Shown in pieces: positions 40,486-50,242 of a DNA stretch of 64,000 nt. Origin of the DNA: Candidatus Margulisiibacteriota bacterium (GTDB lineage Bacteria; Margulisbacteria; WOR-1; O2-12-FULL-45-9); assembly GCA_034723395.1 (NCBI GenBank), contig JAYEOW010000004.1:41375-105374 (forward strand), given 5' to 3'. The position numbers and the translations under genes are program-made. The notes under the pieces were generated by a model. It saw only the letters and a program-made list of their open reading frames with translations, ran no database searches and had not been told where the DNA came from. How positions within the stretch are numbered: position 1 is the stretch's first letter; the number at the start of each line of letters is the position of its first letter.

Positions 40486-42170
40486 AGGTTGGCAATAAAC
40501 GATCTGCTTCCGTAGATCGGTATTTCGCCCGCATCCTTTCCACACAGCTTCAGGCTGATCCATCTGAAGAAATTATCGCTATAATCAGCTTCGGCAAGCT
40601 TAAATGAGTTTATAAAACTTAAGAATTCCGCAGGATGATCGGCATATTGTCCCGCTAATTCGATTAATTTACGAAATATATTTACACCTGACGCGGCATT
40701 GATTTTTAACGCCCGATAGAGAATAATAATAAATGGGCCAAGATACATCGGGACGGATTGTTCTATTTTCTCATATTTCTTCTCCAGCCCTTCACTGCTT
40801 ATCTTTGCCAATATCTCCCTTTTAATCCCATTAATAAAGGTCACCGCATCGCCAAATTTTAAAATTCTCCCGCTCATTAGCCACAACAGCGCCCTTTGCC
40901 CTAGAAGGACCCGATCCCATTTACTAATCCCCTCTTTCCCGCCGTTATAAGGGACGATCCCTTTTTTGATCAAATGTTCGACGCCGAACCAAACCAGCTT
41001 TAATTCATTTATATTAAAATACTTCTTTAGGTTATACAAATAAGCTTCGCTGTTTTTTAATATCTTTCCCAACGCGTCTAAAATGACCTTATCTCTCCCT
41101 TCCCTGCGCAGTTCAGCGATCGCTTCTGCGTATGAGAATACTTTCTTCGTTGATATTTTTCCACCACGCATCTGCTTGTATTCCCCGGTCCCTTTCTTAT
41201 ATTCGCGGTTACTGGTCATCCCGTCAAAGGCATCCGCAATTTGCAATATCTGAATACAGGTTTTCACGCGATTAGGCAATTTATCATAACCATTGGATAA
41301 CCAAGCGGGATAACCGCCGATCATATCATGATGGTGCTGAATTATTGGAACAACATTTCTAAGCCATCTGATCCCGCTTAATAGATAAACTGTAATCGGC
41401 AAATGCTCTTTTATTAAACCAAAAACTTCATCAGAAGGCCTGGGCGTGGTTAGCTGCTCCCTGGTCAGCGCCATTTTCCCCACATCATGTAATAACGCAG
41501 CAGTTTTAAGCCATTGATACCTTCTGGCATTTTTATATACACCAGTTTCTATCGCAATAACCGAAGACAATAAAGTAACTGCGCCAAAATGGACAACGCT
41601 CCCTTTATGGTTATGAATATTCCCCTTGATTAAGATATTAATGATAAAATCGGCAAATTCACCGTCCCCTTTTTCCGAGAGATTAGCAAGCTCAAGAAAC
41701 CTTGCCGCCGCGTCTTGGACAAACCGGGATGCTTCTTCTTTCCCGAGAGATACGGTTATTTTTGCGATCCCTTCCAGATCTTTTCTTAATTCTTCTCCAA
41801 TCTCCCCCTCGATCTCTCCGGGCGTTATCCCCGCCTCATCCAGGATTCTGTTTAATTGCCTTGATCCGCCGTCCATTTTAATCTTTTCGATCAACCAACA
41901 GGTATTGGTTAAGATCGATTTTTTGGGCAACCGGCTGCCAAGCTCCTCCAGGTCGACCGCGTCAAGGTCGATCGCAAGGTTGCTTAAGCGGAGGCCTGAA
42001 TTAGCAATGGTAAGGATCTTCTTCCCGTTATTCCACCCGGCGGTAAATCTTCCGCGGGCGCGTAAAATCTTCCCTTTGGATATGAATAGAACTCCAGCGT
42101 CCTGCAGGCGCTTTATCGCAACAGCAGTCGGCAATATTCTTATATTCCTGATACTTTTTACGAAAGACAC
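40479..42170 (-). CDS. HD-GYP domain protein with uncharacterised flanking regions
   Basis: LLHDVGK, HHHDMIGGYP, IADAFDGMTSNREYK; GTG start after AAAGGGGG. Confidence 0.72.
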   Translation of the reverse strand: MSFVKSIRNIRILPTAVAIKRLQDAGVLFISKGKILRARGRFTAGWNNGKKILTIANSGLRLSNLAIDLDAVDLEELGSRLPKKSILTNTCWLIEKIKMDGGSRQLNRILDEAGITPGEIEGEIGEELRKDLEGIAKITVSLGKEEASRFVQDAAARFLELANLSEKGDGEFADFIINILIKGNIHNHKGSVVHFGAVTLLSSVIAIETGVYKNARRYQWLKTAALLHDVGKMALTREQLTTPRPSDEVFGLIKEHLPITVYLLSGIRWLRNVVPIIQHHHDMIGGYPAWLSNGYDKLPNRVKTCIQILQIADAFDGMTSNREYKKGTGEYKQMRGGKISTKKVFSYAEAIAELRREGRDKVILDALGKILKNSEAYLYNLKKYFNINELKLVWFGVEHLIKKGIVPYNGGKEGISKWDRVLLGQRALLWLMSGRILKFGDAVTFINGIKREILAKISSEGLEKKYEKIEQSVPMYLGPFIIILYRALKINAASGVNIFRKLIELAGQYADHPAEFLSFINSFKLAEADYSDNFFRWISLKLCGKDAGEIPIYGSRSFIANLQ

Positions 42171-42203
42171 GGGTCCCCCTTTCGAATAGAGACTCTAATA
42201 AGC

Positions 42204-42230
42204 ATATCGCTAAATAGTGGGGCCAATTTC
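42204..42230 (-). promoter_or_regulatory. Putative alternative-sigma promoter GAAATT-N14-GCGATAT
   Basis: Same boxes and spacing as 11952-11978; directly upstream of the HD-GYP gene. Confidence 0.55.
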
Positions 42231-42945
42231 AGAGGGTTTTGATCGTTTGTGTCAAAAGTCTGGAAAGCAAGTTTTTTTTCTCTTTCATCATCTTAAAGAC
42301 CTCTTTTGAGGTTATTTTTTTGGGCTTGATCCCGGCCGCGTAATTTGTTACCACCGCGATCACCGCGTAAGGGATCTGCGCTTCGACGGCTAAAACCACT
42401 TCGGCCGCCTGGGTCATCCCCACCACATCCGCCCCCATTTTACCGAACATTTTAATCTCCGCCCTGCTCTCAAAACGCGGCCCCTCGGTACATACATAGG
42501 TCGCTTTTTTATCGACCTTTAGCTTTAATTTGCCGGCAGCGCTTAATATCTTATCGGTCAATTGCCGGTCATAAGGAGAGCTGACATCAATAAATGCGTT
42601 TTCACTAAATGTCTCATGCCTTCTTTTAGTAAAATCGATAAAGTCATCTAATACGGCAAAATCACCCGGTTTCATTTTCGGGCTGATGCATCCAACCGCG
42701 GCGGTTGCAATAATACGGCCCACTCCGAGTTTTTTTAGGGCGGCAACATTTCCTCGATAATTAACCTGGTATGGTAAAACGTAATGTTCACCGTGGCGCC
42801 TGATAAAAAAGATTTCTTTACCAGCAACTTCACCATGCTCTATTTTTATCGGTCCGTATCCGGTTTTAATTGTTTTCGTCTTGAACCCTTTAGAAAAAAG
42901 AAGCCCCTCCACCCCCGAACCGCCAATTATTCCTACCTTAGCCAT
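42229..42945 (-). CDS. mtnP: MTAP/MTIP-family nucleoside phosphorylase (methylthioinosine/methylthioadenosine)
   Basis: GIIGGSG, RHG, VNYRGN, EGPRFES, DVVGMT, VTNYAAG. Confidence 0.85.
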   Translation of the reverse strand: MAKVGIIGGSGVEGLLFSKGFKTKTIKTGYGPIKIEHGEVAGKEIFFIRRHGEHYVLPYQVNYRGNVAALKKLGVGRIIATAAVGCISPKMKPGDFAVLDDFIDFTKRRHETFSENAFIDVSSPYDRQLTDKILSAAGKLKLKVDKKATYVCTEGPRFESRAEIKMFGKMGADVVGMTQAAEVVLAVEAQIPYAVIAVVTNYAAGIKPKKITSKEVFKMMKEKKNLLSRLLTQTIKTL

Positions 42946-44237
42946 TCTTTTATTCTCCTTGCGAAAAAGTTTGCCCGATCGATAATTTCATCTTCATCAA
43001 TCGTTAAAATATCGCGGTTTTCCATCACTAATTTACCATTAACAATCACCGTATCAACTTCCGACCCGCCAGCTGAATAAACCAGCTGGGAATACACATT
43101 ATATAAAGGGGTAAGATGCGGTCGATCAAGATCGATCAGTATAATATCTGCCGTTTTGCCAATCTCAATCGATCCGATATCCGGTTTTTGAAGGACCTTA
43201 GCCCCATCAGTAGTAGCCATCCGCAGAACATCCTTAGCATTCATTACCGTCGGATCACTTCTCATTAACTTGTGAACTTTTGCTACCGCATCCATCTCAT
43301 CAAACATATCTAAATTATTATTCGAAGCCGCCCCGTCTGTCCCCAAACCGACTAATATCCCCTCATCCATTAATTCAACAATCGGAGCACTTCCCGAAGC
43401 AAGCTTCATATTGCTCTCCTGGCAGTGAGAAACCTTCACTTTATGTTTTTTTAATAATTTAATATCATCATGGCTTAGATGGACACAATGGACCGCCTTT
43501 ACTCTTTCCGAAAGGAATCCGATATTTTCAAGATGCTCAACCGGGGAACATCCCCGGTTTTTTCTCGACTCGGCTACTTCAGAAGCAGTTTCGGAAACAT
43601 GGATATGAAGCGGGAGATCAAGTTTCTCAGCCAAAGCCTGTGCCTTTTTAAGATTATCCGGATTGCAGGTATAAGGAGTATGGGGAGCAACTTCCAGATG
43701 AATAAGCTCGTCCCTTCCCCACCTTTCATAAAGTTTTTCAATATATTCGAGTGAATCTTCTACCGTTGGAGAATCAGGTGTTGGAAAATCGAGAATTCCC
43801 TCTCCCAAAAATGCGCGGATCCCGATCTTCTTGCAAACCTCCGCCGCATCATCTTCGAAAAAGTACATATCCGAGAAAGAGGTCGTCCCCGACTTGATCA
43901 TCTCGATCGCCGCCAGTGAAACGCCAATCCGCACATATTCCGGGTCTCCGAATTTCTTTTCGATCGGGAAGATAAATTTCTGCCACCAGATCTGGAGCGG
44001 CATATCGTCAGCGATCCCGCGCAGCAAGGTCATCGCCGCATGGGTGTGGGTATTGACCAAGCCCGGCATTACTAATTTACCAGCTGCGTCAATTACTTTA
44101 TCGGCCCTATATTTTGTCTGTGGAGAAATATCTACAATATTCGGCCCGGAAATAACTATGTCGGCCTTCTCGTGGAGGGTAAGTTTCTCGTCCATCGTGA
44201 GGATCATTCCGTTCGTTATAATTATGTCGGCCTTCAT
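42933..44237 (-). CDS. mtaD: MTA/SAH deaminase (amidohydrolase)
   Basis: PGLVNTHTH, APHTPYT, HIHVSET, HCVH, SNMKLASG, GTDGAASNN; overlaps the phosphorylase gene. Confidence 0.85.
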   Translation of the reverse strand: MKADIIITNGMILTMDEKLTLHEKADIVISGPNIVDISPQTKYRADKVIDAAGKLVMPGLVNTHTHAAMTLLRGIADDMPLQIWWQKFIFPIEKKFGDPEYVRIGVSLAAIEMIKSGTTSFSDMYFFEDDAAEVCKKIGIRAFLGEGILDFPTPDSPTVEDSLEYIEKLYERWGRDELIHLEVAPHTPYTCNPDNLKKAQALAEKLDLPLHIHVSETASEVAESRKNRGCSPVEHLENIGFLSERVKAVHCVHLSHDDIKLLKKHKVKVSHCQESNMKLASGSAPIVELMDEGILVGLGTDGAASNNNLDMFDEMDAVAKVHKLMRSDPTVMNAKDVLRMATTDGAKVLQKPDIGSIEIGKTADIILIDLDRPHLTPLYNVYSQLVYSAGGSEVDTVIVNGKLVMENRDILTIDEDEIIDRANFFARRIKEWLR

Positions 44238-44262
44238 ATTTTTAGTACCGACGCGCCCAATG

Positions 44263-45105
44263 CTAACCTTTTAATACTTCACGCGCAATCCCCACATGTA
44301 TCTTTTTATCCCCTATTTTAACGCCCTTCGCTTTTATTTCGATGTTTATCCTTTTACCGTCTTTGCGGATGACCTCAAGCTCCTCCGGACCATAGGAACC
44401 CCTAATGGTAATTTTTGGAATAATTTCAGCTATTTTAAGGATCTGATCGGTCGAAAGAAGATGGGTCATATCCTTAAAAGACATCCCCTTGAGCTCTTCA
44501 ACCTTATAACCGATCAGTTCCTCGACATATTTATTGCAGTCGAGCAATCTCCCCTCCCTATCCACCAAATAGATCGCCTCCTGTACCGACTCGAAGACCG
44601 CTCTGAATTTTTCTTCGGAGACCTTCACTTCATCTTCCATTTTTTTGCGCTCGGTCAGGTCTCTCAAGATCGCCATATCACCAACGATCTTGCCATCCTC
44701 ATAAATCGGCGCCGCATTTATCTCGGTTTGAACAGGTTCGCCGCTCTTCCGCTTAAGCCGCACCTCATAAGGAGGAACAAATTTACCGCGCATCCGGTCA
44801 AAGAAATTTTTTAACACGATCGCTTTGTTCTTTATATCGAAGATCCCTAAAAAGGCCAGGTTCTCGCCTTCAAGCTCTTCTTTTGAATATCCGCTGGCCA
44901 CGGAAAGTTGTTTATTTATCTGAAGGATCTTCCCTTTTCTATCAAAGATAACGATCGGATCCCCCGCGTTGTCGATCAGGTTTAGATACTTTTCCTCACT
45001 CCGCCTCAATTGTTTTTCAAGCTTTCCATATTCGACCACCATATTCTCAAGCTCTTTTAATCGCTCTCGCTGGCTCCGATACTCTTCATCCGGAATTTCT
45101 ACCAT
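44263..45105 (-). CDS. Stand-alone tandem PAS-domain protein
   Basis: Coiled coil then two PAS repeats (SEEKY..LID..GD / SEEKF..VFE..QE; GYSKEEL.G / GYKVEEL.G); no output domain. Confidence 0.85.
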   Translation of the reverse strand: MVEIPDEEYRSQRERLKELENMVVEYGKLEKQLRRSEEKYLNLIDNAGDPIVIFDRKGKILQINKQLSVASGYSKEELEGENLAFLGIFDIKNKAIVLKNFFDRMRGKFVPPYEVRLKRKSGEPVQTEINAAPIYEDGKIVGDMAILRDLTERKKMEDEVKVSEEKFRAVFESVQEAIYLVDREGRLLDCNKYVEELIGYKVEELKGMSFKDMTHLLSTDQILKIAEIIPKITIRGSYGPEELEVIRKDGKRINIEIKAKGVKIGDKKIHVGIAREVLKG

Positions 45106-45186
45106 AATTCACCTCCAGATAAATTATATTAGAAGAGTTGACCGGAGTCAAATCAGGTATGACATATGATATACTAATTAGTAGAA

Positions 45187-45720
45187 ATGAACCTGAAAAA
45201 AGCGGCTAAGACCCTTAAATCCGGCGGAATAATCGCCTTCCCTACCGAAACAGTATTTGGAATCGGCGCTTGTCTGGATCAACCCGAAGCAATCAAGCAG
45301 ATTTTTAAGATTAAGAAGCGATCATGCAAAAAACCGCTGCAAATCTTGATCGGAAATATGCGCCAGGCAAAGAAACTCGGCAAATTCAGTAAACGGGCCT
45401 TGGAATTGGCCAAAGCTTGGCCGGGGCCATTGACCTTGGTAATCTATAAAACCGGAAAAGTTCCAAAATTAGTCACGGGGGGAAGCAAAAAAGTCGGTTT
45501 AAGGATGCCGGATCACAAAACAATCCTTAATTTAATTAAAAAATGCGGACCGATCGTTGCTACATCGGCTAATAAGGCAGGGGAAAAACCAGCCTTAACC
45601 GTTAAGGCGGTCAAAAAAAACCTCCCAGAGATAGATTTTGTCATCCCTGGAAGGGTTAAAAGCGGCAAAGCGTCAAAAGTGGTCGACGCCACCGGAAAAC
45701 CAAAAACGCTTAGAGGCTAA
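45187..45720 (+). CDS. tsaC: Threonylcarbamoyl-AMP synthase (TsaC/YrdC)
   Basis: AFPTETVFGIG, KKR...KPL, WPGPLTL, RMPDH, TSAN. Confidence 0.92.
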   Translation: MNLKKAAKTLKSGGIIAFPTETVFGIGACLDQPEAIKQIFKIKKRSCKKPLQILIGNMRQAKKLGKFSKRALELAKAWPGPLTLVIYKTGKVPKLVTGGSKKVGLRMPDHKTILNLIKKCGPIVATSANKAGEKPALTVKAVKKNLPEIDFVIPGRVKSGKASKVVDATGKPKTLRG

Positions 45721-46963
45721 GCCTCAGCTCATAATACTGCGATTCTTCGATCTGCTGTGTGCTTGGATTATAGACCTTCTTATAATGAACGACTACCTTG
45801 GTGAATGGATTCACCGGATAAGCGGCCGATCCTCCGATAATTGCCCCCTCCTCTAAAGAAAGAGATCTAAAATCGGTAAAGCTCGGCTGTTTATAATAAC
45901 CGGTAACTTCAATATCCTGTGGTAATTTTGCAAACAGCTCCCCTTCCACCCCGGCATCACTCTCATTATAATTTTCGTAAACCAGTTTAAGATAGGCCAT
46001 ATCCATCACTTTTAACCCAGCCTGGGCCAAATAGCCATTCTTAACATTCCCTGACACTTCGGCGGAAGATAAACTTACCGGATTAACCTCATAATCAGAA
46101 TCAAAATACCCGGGTACGAAATTACTGTCTAAAAACCTATATTCCGCCAGAAAATTAGCTTGCGCAATAAAAAAGTCCTGGTCCCATCCGATCCCCGACG
46201 AAAAGCCGCTCCCGTGATCAACTAAATGCGCATACTCGGCATATCCTTCAAATCCCCAGGGAAGTGGAACAGTTGCGTCCACTCCGTAAGCGGACACTTT
46301 TTGTATTTCCGTAGTCCCGGCAAGGGTAACACCATCAGAATCATTGAGATAGGTCTGCCCCAAAGTAAGCATGGGATGGACCCTCTCCTCTACCCTTGCC
46401 CCATAGATCCCGCTGCCGGTTTTAAGCCCGCGCACAACATATTGATCCATATCGACATATCCCTTAAAGGCAAGCTGTTCGTTATTTAGGAGGATCGGCC
46501 CGGTGGCAACAGTCGAATAATCTTTCATTAATAAACCATGGCCCCAGGTTAAATTTTGGATGGTCCCGTAGCGCAATCCTTTTTTACCGTCATCATACTC
46601 AACATAACGCATGACAAAATTCTCATATTCCGGCGGCCTGACTTCGCTTAAAGTTATGTTGACATCAAACCCCAACCCCCAGGGACCTAATTTAAAATCA
46701 GGGTGCCAGGCAAGGTTGGCGACCTCATCAGTCCCGACTTTTAGATAACCAAGGCTTAATCCCCCGATATTTGAAACGAGCTTAGTCGCAGTATCTGTAT
46801 CAGTCCCACCAGTAGTAGTAACTGAGAGTGAAGAATCCTGAGCTATGGCCGAATTAAATCCAAATATCAAAATCCAAAATCCAAATAAAATCCAAAATCC
46901 AAATCTTTTAATTGATTTGGAATTAAAATATTTATTTGTCATTTGCCATTTGTCATTTGTCAT
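45710..46963 (-). CDS. Predicted outer-membrane beta-barrel protein
   Basis: SD AGGAGG before ATG 46963; signal peptide; alternating aromatic/hydrophobic strands, C-terminal YYELRLSL. Confidence 0.65.
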   Translation of the reverse strand: MTNDKWQMTNKYFNSKSIKRFGFWILFGFWILIFGFNSAIAQDSSLSVTTTGGTDTDTATKLVSNIGGLSLGYLKVGTDEVANLAWHPDFKLGPWGLGFDVNITLSEVRPPEYENFVMRYVEYDDGKKGLRYGTIQNLTWGHGLLMKDYSTVATGPILLNNEQLAFKGYVDMDQYVVRGLKTGSGIYGARVEERVHPMLTLGQTYLNDSDGVTLAGTTEIQKVSAYGVDATVPLPWGFEGYAEYAHLVDHGSGFSSGIGWDQDFFIAQANFLAEYRFLDSNFVPGYFDSDYEVNPVSLSSAEVSGNVKNGYLAQAGLKVMDMAYLKLVYENYNESDAGVEGELFAKLPQDIEVTGYYKQPSFTDFRSLSLEEGAIIGGSAAYPVNPFTKVVVHYKKVYNPSTQQIEESQYYELRLSL

Positions 46964-46973
46964 TATAAGCCTC

Positions 46974-48578
46974 CTAATGTTTGAAGTGTCTTCGACCGGT
47001 AAAGACCATCGCAATCTCGAGTTCGTTCGCTTTATCGATTGACTCCTGGTCGCGTTTTGATCCCCCCGGCTGGATGATCGCTGCTATACCATACCTCCCG
47101 GCAAATTCTACAACATCCGGAAACGGAAAGAAAGCATCCGAGGCTAAAATTCCACCTTTAACATCGCTCCGCGAACGCTTCACTGCCAGTTCGGCTGCAT
47201 CAATCCGGCTCATCTGCCCCGCTCCTACCCCGATCGCCTTGCCATTCTTTATGATCACGATCGCATTCGACTTAACGTGTTTAACAACTCCCCAGGAAAA
47301 GAAGAGATCTTCCATCTGCGCCATCGATGGCTGTTTCTTGGTTACCACTTTAAAATCAGTTACCGCCAGCTGGGCAATATCCGGGTCCTGGACAAGAATA
47401 CCACCACTCACCCGTTTGTAATCCATTCCCCTGAATTGCTTGCCCAAGGCCGCTTCTCCCATATCCATGATACGCAGGTTTTTCTTCTCCTTTAGGACGC
47501 TCAGCGCTCCGGCTGAATATCCGGGGGCGATCACGATCTCAACAAATAGTTTAACGATCTCTTTTGCGGTAGCTTCATCGATCTCCCGGTTCGCGGCTAC
47601 AATCCCTCCAAAGGCAGAGACCGGATCGCAGTCGAGCGCCTTTTTGTAAGCAGAATGGAGGGTTTCACCCTTCGCCAATCCGCAGGGATTCGTATGTTTA
47701 ACGATCGCTACTGTAGTGTCGGCAAAATAGTTTGCTGCCGCCCACGCCGCATCCATATCGACAATATTATTGAAAGACAACTCTTTCCCGTGCAGCTGTT
47801 TCGCATTAGTGATTGCTGACCCCATATCCTCAGTTGCCGCCTCTTTATAAAAAGCGGCTTTTTGGTGCGGGTTTTCCCCATAACGGAGGTCTTGGACTTT
47901 TTTCAATTGGATCGTTTTGCTCTCCGGGAATGCTTCTTCGCTGCCGAACATAGTTGAAAAATATTTAACGATAACCGTATCATAATATTTTGTATGCGCA
48001 AAAGCTTTATAGGCCAATCTTTGTTTGGTCTCCGCGCTAAGCGCTCCACCGCTCCCTTTCAACTCATCGATGATCTTTCCGTAATCTCCCGGATCGACCA
48101 CAATCGCCACACTTTTACTATTTTTGGCGGCGGCGCGGACCATACACGGCCCCCCGATATCGATATTTTCAATCGCGTCTTCATAAGTGCATCCCTCTTT
48201 GCTGATCGTGCTTTCAAATGGGTAAAGATTGCAAACTACGACCTGAAAAGGATTGATCTTAAATTTCTTAAGCTCTTTCATGTGCGCAGGATTGGTTTGA
48301 TCGGCCAAAATTGCCCCATGAATGATCGGATGGAGAGTTTTTACCCTTCCATCCAACATATGAGGGTATTTCGTAAGTCCCGACACCTCTTTTACTTTTA
48401 TCCCCGCTTTCTTTAAAAACTTCGCTGTCCCGCCAGACGAAATGATCTCAAACCCAAGTTTTTTCAACCCTTTCGCAAACTTATCGAGACCTTTCTTATC
48501 TGAAACCGACAGCAATGCATATTTTTTGCCGTTTCCTGTTTCCCGTTTCCTGTTCCCCAGTTTTTTCTTAGCTATCAT
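46974..48578 (-). CDS. purH: Bifunctional AICAR transformylase/IMP cyclohydrolase
   Basis: ALLSVSDK, GRVKTLHP, IDIGGP, LRYGENPHQ, KHTNPCG, ASDAFFPF, RHFKH. Confidence 0.97.
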   Translation of the reverse strand: MIAKKKLGNRKRETGNGKKYALLSVSDKKGLDKFAKGLKKLGFEIISSGGTAKFLKKAGIKVKEVSGLTKYPHMLDGRVKTLHPIIHGAILADQTNPAHMKELKKFKINPFQVVVCNLYPFESTISKEGCTYEDAIENIDIGGPCMVRAAAKNSKSVAIVVDPGDYGKIIDELKGSGGALSAETKQRLAYKAFAHTKYYDTVIVKYFSTMFGSEEAFPESKTIQLKKVQDLRYGENPHQKAAFYKEAATEDMGSAITNAKQLHGKELSFNNIVDMDAAWAAANYFADTTVAIVKHTNPCGLAKGETLHSAYKKALDCDPVSAFGGIVAANREIDEATAKEIVKLFVEIVIAPGYSAGALSVLKEKKNLRIMDMGEAALGKQFRGMDYKRVSGGILVQDPDIAQLAVTDFKVVTKKQPSMAQMEDLFFSWGVVKHVKSNAIVIIKNGKAIGVGAGQMSRIDAAELAVKRSRSDVKGGILASDAFFPFPDVVEFAGRYGIAAIIQPGGSKRDQESIDKANELEIAMVFTGRRHFKH

Positions 48579-49177
48579 AGTACCCTTACTTTTCTCCCTT
48601 CTATTTTTAACTTCCCCTCAGCAAATAATTTTATCGCCTGGGGATAAATCCTATGTTCCTGTTCCAGAATCCGAGCAGATAAGGTTTCCTCTGTATCATT
48701 TTCCAACACAGGAACCGCCGCTTGGATAACAATCGGTCCGGTATCACATCCTTCATCGACAAAATGGACAGTTGCTCCAGAGATTTTTACTCCATGCTCA
48801 AGCGCCGCTTTCTGGACATGTAATCCTGGAAAAGATGGGAGGAGCGCCGGATGGATATTCAGCAGCTTACCTTGAAAATGCTCAAGCAGGACTTCTCCTG
48901 CAATCCTCATGTAACCAGCCAGACAGACTAGATCAACTTTATGCTGCTTTAAGACCTTAACGATCTCCAGCTCATAAGTATTCTTATCTTGAAACTTCTT
49001 CGGTTCAAACACTGCAGTAGGAATTCCATGCTTTTTTGCCCTCTCCAACCCAAAAGCATTTGGCTTATTGGAAATCACCATCGCGACTTTGGCCGGAACA
49101 TTTCCGCGCTCCGAAGCATCAATAATCGCCTGGAGATTTGACCCTTTTCCTGAAATTAACATTCCAATGTTTATCAT
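48575..49177 (-). CDS. purN: Phosphoribosylglycinamide formyltransferase
   Basis: SGKGSNLQA, LAGYMR, NIHPALLP, GATVHFV. Confidence 0.97.
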   Translation of the reverse strand: MINIGMLISGKGSNLQAIIDASERGNVPAKVAMVISNKPNAFGLERAKKHGIPTAVFEPKKFQDKNTYELEIVKVLKQHKVDLVCLAGYMRIAGEVLLEHFQGKLLNIHPALLPSFPGLHVQKAALEHGVKISGATVHFVDEGCDTGPIVIQAAVPVLENDTEETLSARILEQEHRIYPQAIKLFAEGKLKIEGRKVRVL

Positions 49178-49233
49178 TTTAATAATATGACACCTCGTGC
49201 TGAAGCACTTCGGTGCGAAGCATTAATTCGTCA

Positions 49234-50217
49234 TTAAATTATTATTACCTCTCCCTTCCCCTTCCCAACTTCTCCGATAATAAAAGCCTTCTCTCTCTTC
49301 TTTGCCAGCGCCTTCATCACCTTATCCGCATCTTTCTTATCAACGATAAGGACCATCCCTATCCCCATATTAAAAGTCTTATACATTTCATCTTGATCGA
49401 TCTTTCCCAACCGTTTGATCATCCTGAAAATAGTTGGAATTTGCCAGGCATTAATATCGATCACCGCCTGGACTTTTTTATGCAGGAGCCGGGCCACATT
49501 CTCTGGAAGGCCGCCCCCGGTTATATGGGCAATCCCTTTTATCTTATAGCGCCTGGTCAAGTCTAATACTGTCTGCACATAGATCTTGGTCGGGGTCATC
49601 AACTCTACGCCCAAAGGTCTCTCCAGGTCTTCGTTTACCTCTTTGAGCTTCAATCTTGCTTCCTCCAACAATACTTTTCTTGCAAGGGTATATCCATTGC
49701 TGTGCAGGCCGGACGAGGCTAAACCGATAATCTTATCTCCATCCTTAATGCTGGTCCCTTTAATGATCTTTTTTTTCTCAACCATTCCAACCGCGAATCC
49801 GGCTAGATCATATTCGTTTTCCTGATACATATCAGAAAGCTCGGCTGTCTCTCCCCCCAAAAGATCACAATTCGCCTGCTTGCAGCCGGCAACTACCCCT
49901 TTAATGATTTTTTCGATTTTCGGCGCATGGATCTTTTGGGCCCCGATATAATCGAGAAAGAAAAGCGGTTTTGCTCCGGTCGCAACCACATCATTAACGT
50001 TCATCGCGACCAGGTCGATCCCTACCGTATCATGTTTATCCATGGCAAAGGCAATCTTAAGCTTGGTCCCCACCCCGTCTGCCGCCCCCACCAACATATT
50101 TTTACCCATAGGATAGAAACCGCCAAAAAAACCTATCCCTTTGGCAACCTTCTTAATCCGGCGGACAACCTCCTGGCCGGCTTCAACGTCCACCCCTGCC
50201 TGCTTATAAGTGATCAT
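49234..50217 (-). CDS. purM: AIR synthase
   Basis: YKQAGVD, DGVGTK, GGETAE, SSGLHSNG, HITGGG, TFNMGIG. Confidence 0.97.
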   Translation of the reverse strand: MITYKQAGVDVEAGQEVVRRIKKVAKGIGFFGGFYPMGKNMLVGAADGVGTKLKIAFAMDKHDTVGIDLVAMNVNDVVATGAKPLFFLDYIGAQKIHAPKIEKIIKGVVAGCKQANCDLLGGETAELSDMYQENEYDLAGFAVGMVEKKKIIKGTSIKDGDKIIGLASSGLHSNGYTLARKVLLEEARLKLKEVNEDLERPLGVELMTPTKIYVQTVLDLTRRYKIKGIAHITGGGLPENVARLLHKKVQAVIDINAWQIPTIFRMIKRLGKIDQDEMYKTFNMGIGMVLIVDKKDADKVMKALAKKREKAFIIGEVGKGKGEVIII

Positions 50218-50242
50218 ATTTACTCAACTCCTATTCGCTATA

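Noticed and set aside
41626..42189. Long antisense ORFs (e.g. 41626-42189, 44296-44814, 49927-50508, 16745-17275)
   Set aside because: Shadow frames of well-supported genes on the opposite strand, with no motifs of their own.
48578..49233. ZMP/ZTP or purine riboswitch in the pur cluster
   Set aside because: purH overlaps purN, and the 56-nt purM-purN gap holds only a short UUCG hairpin.
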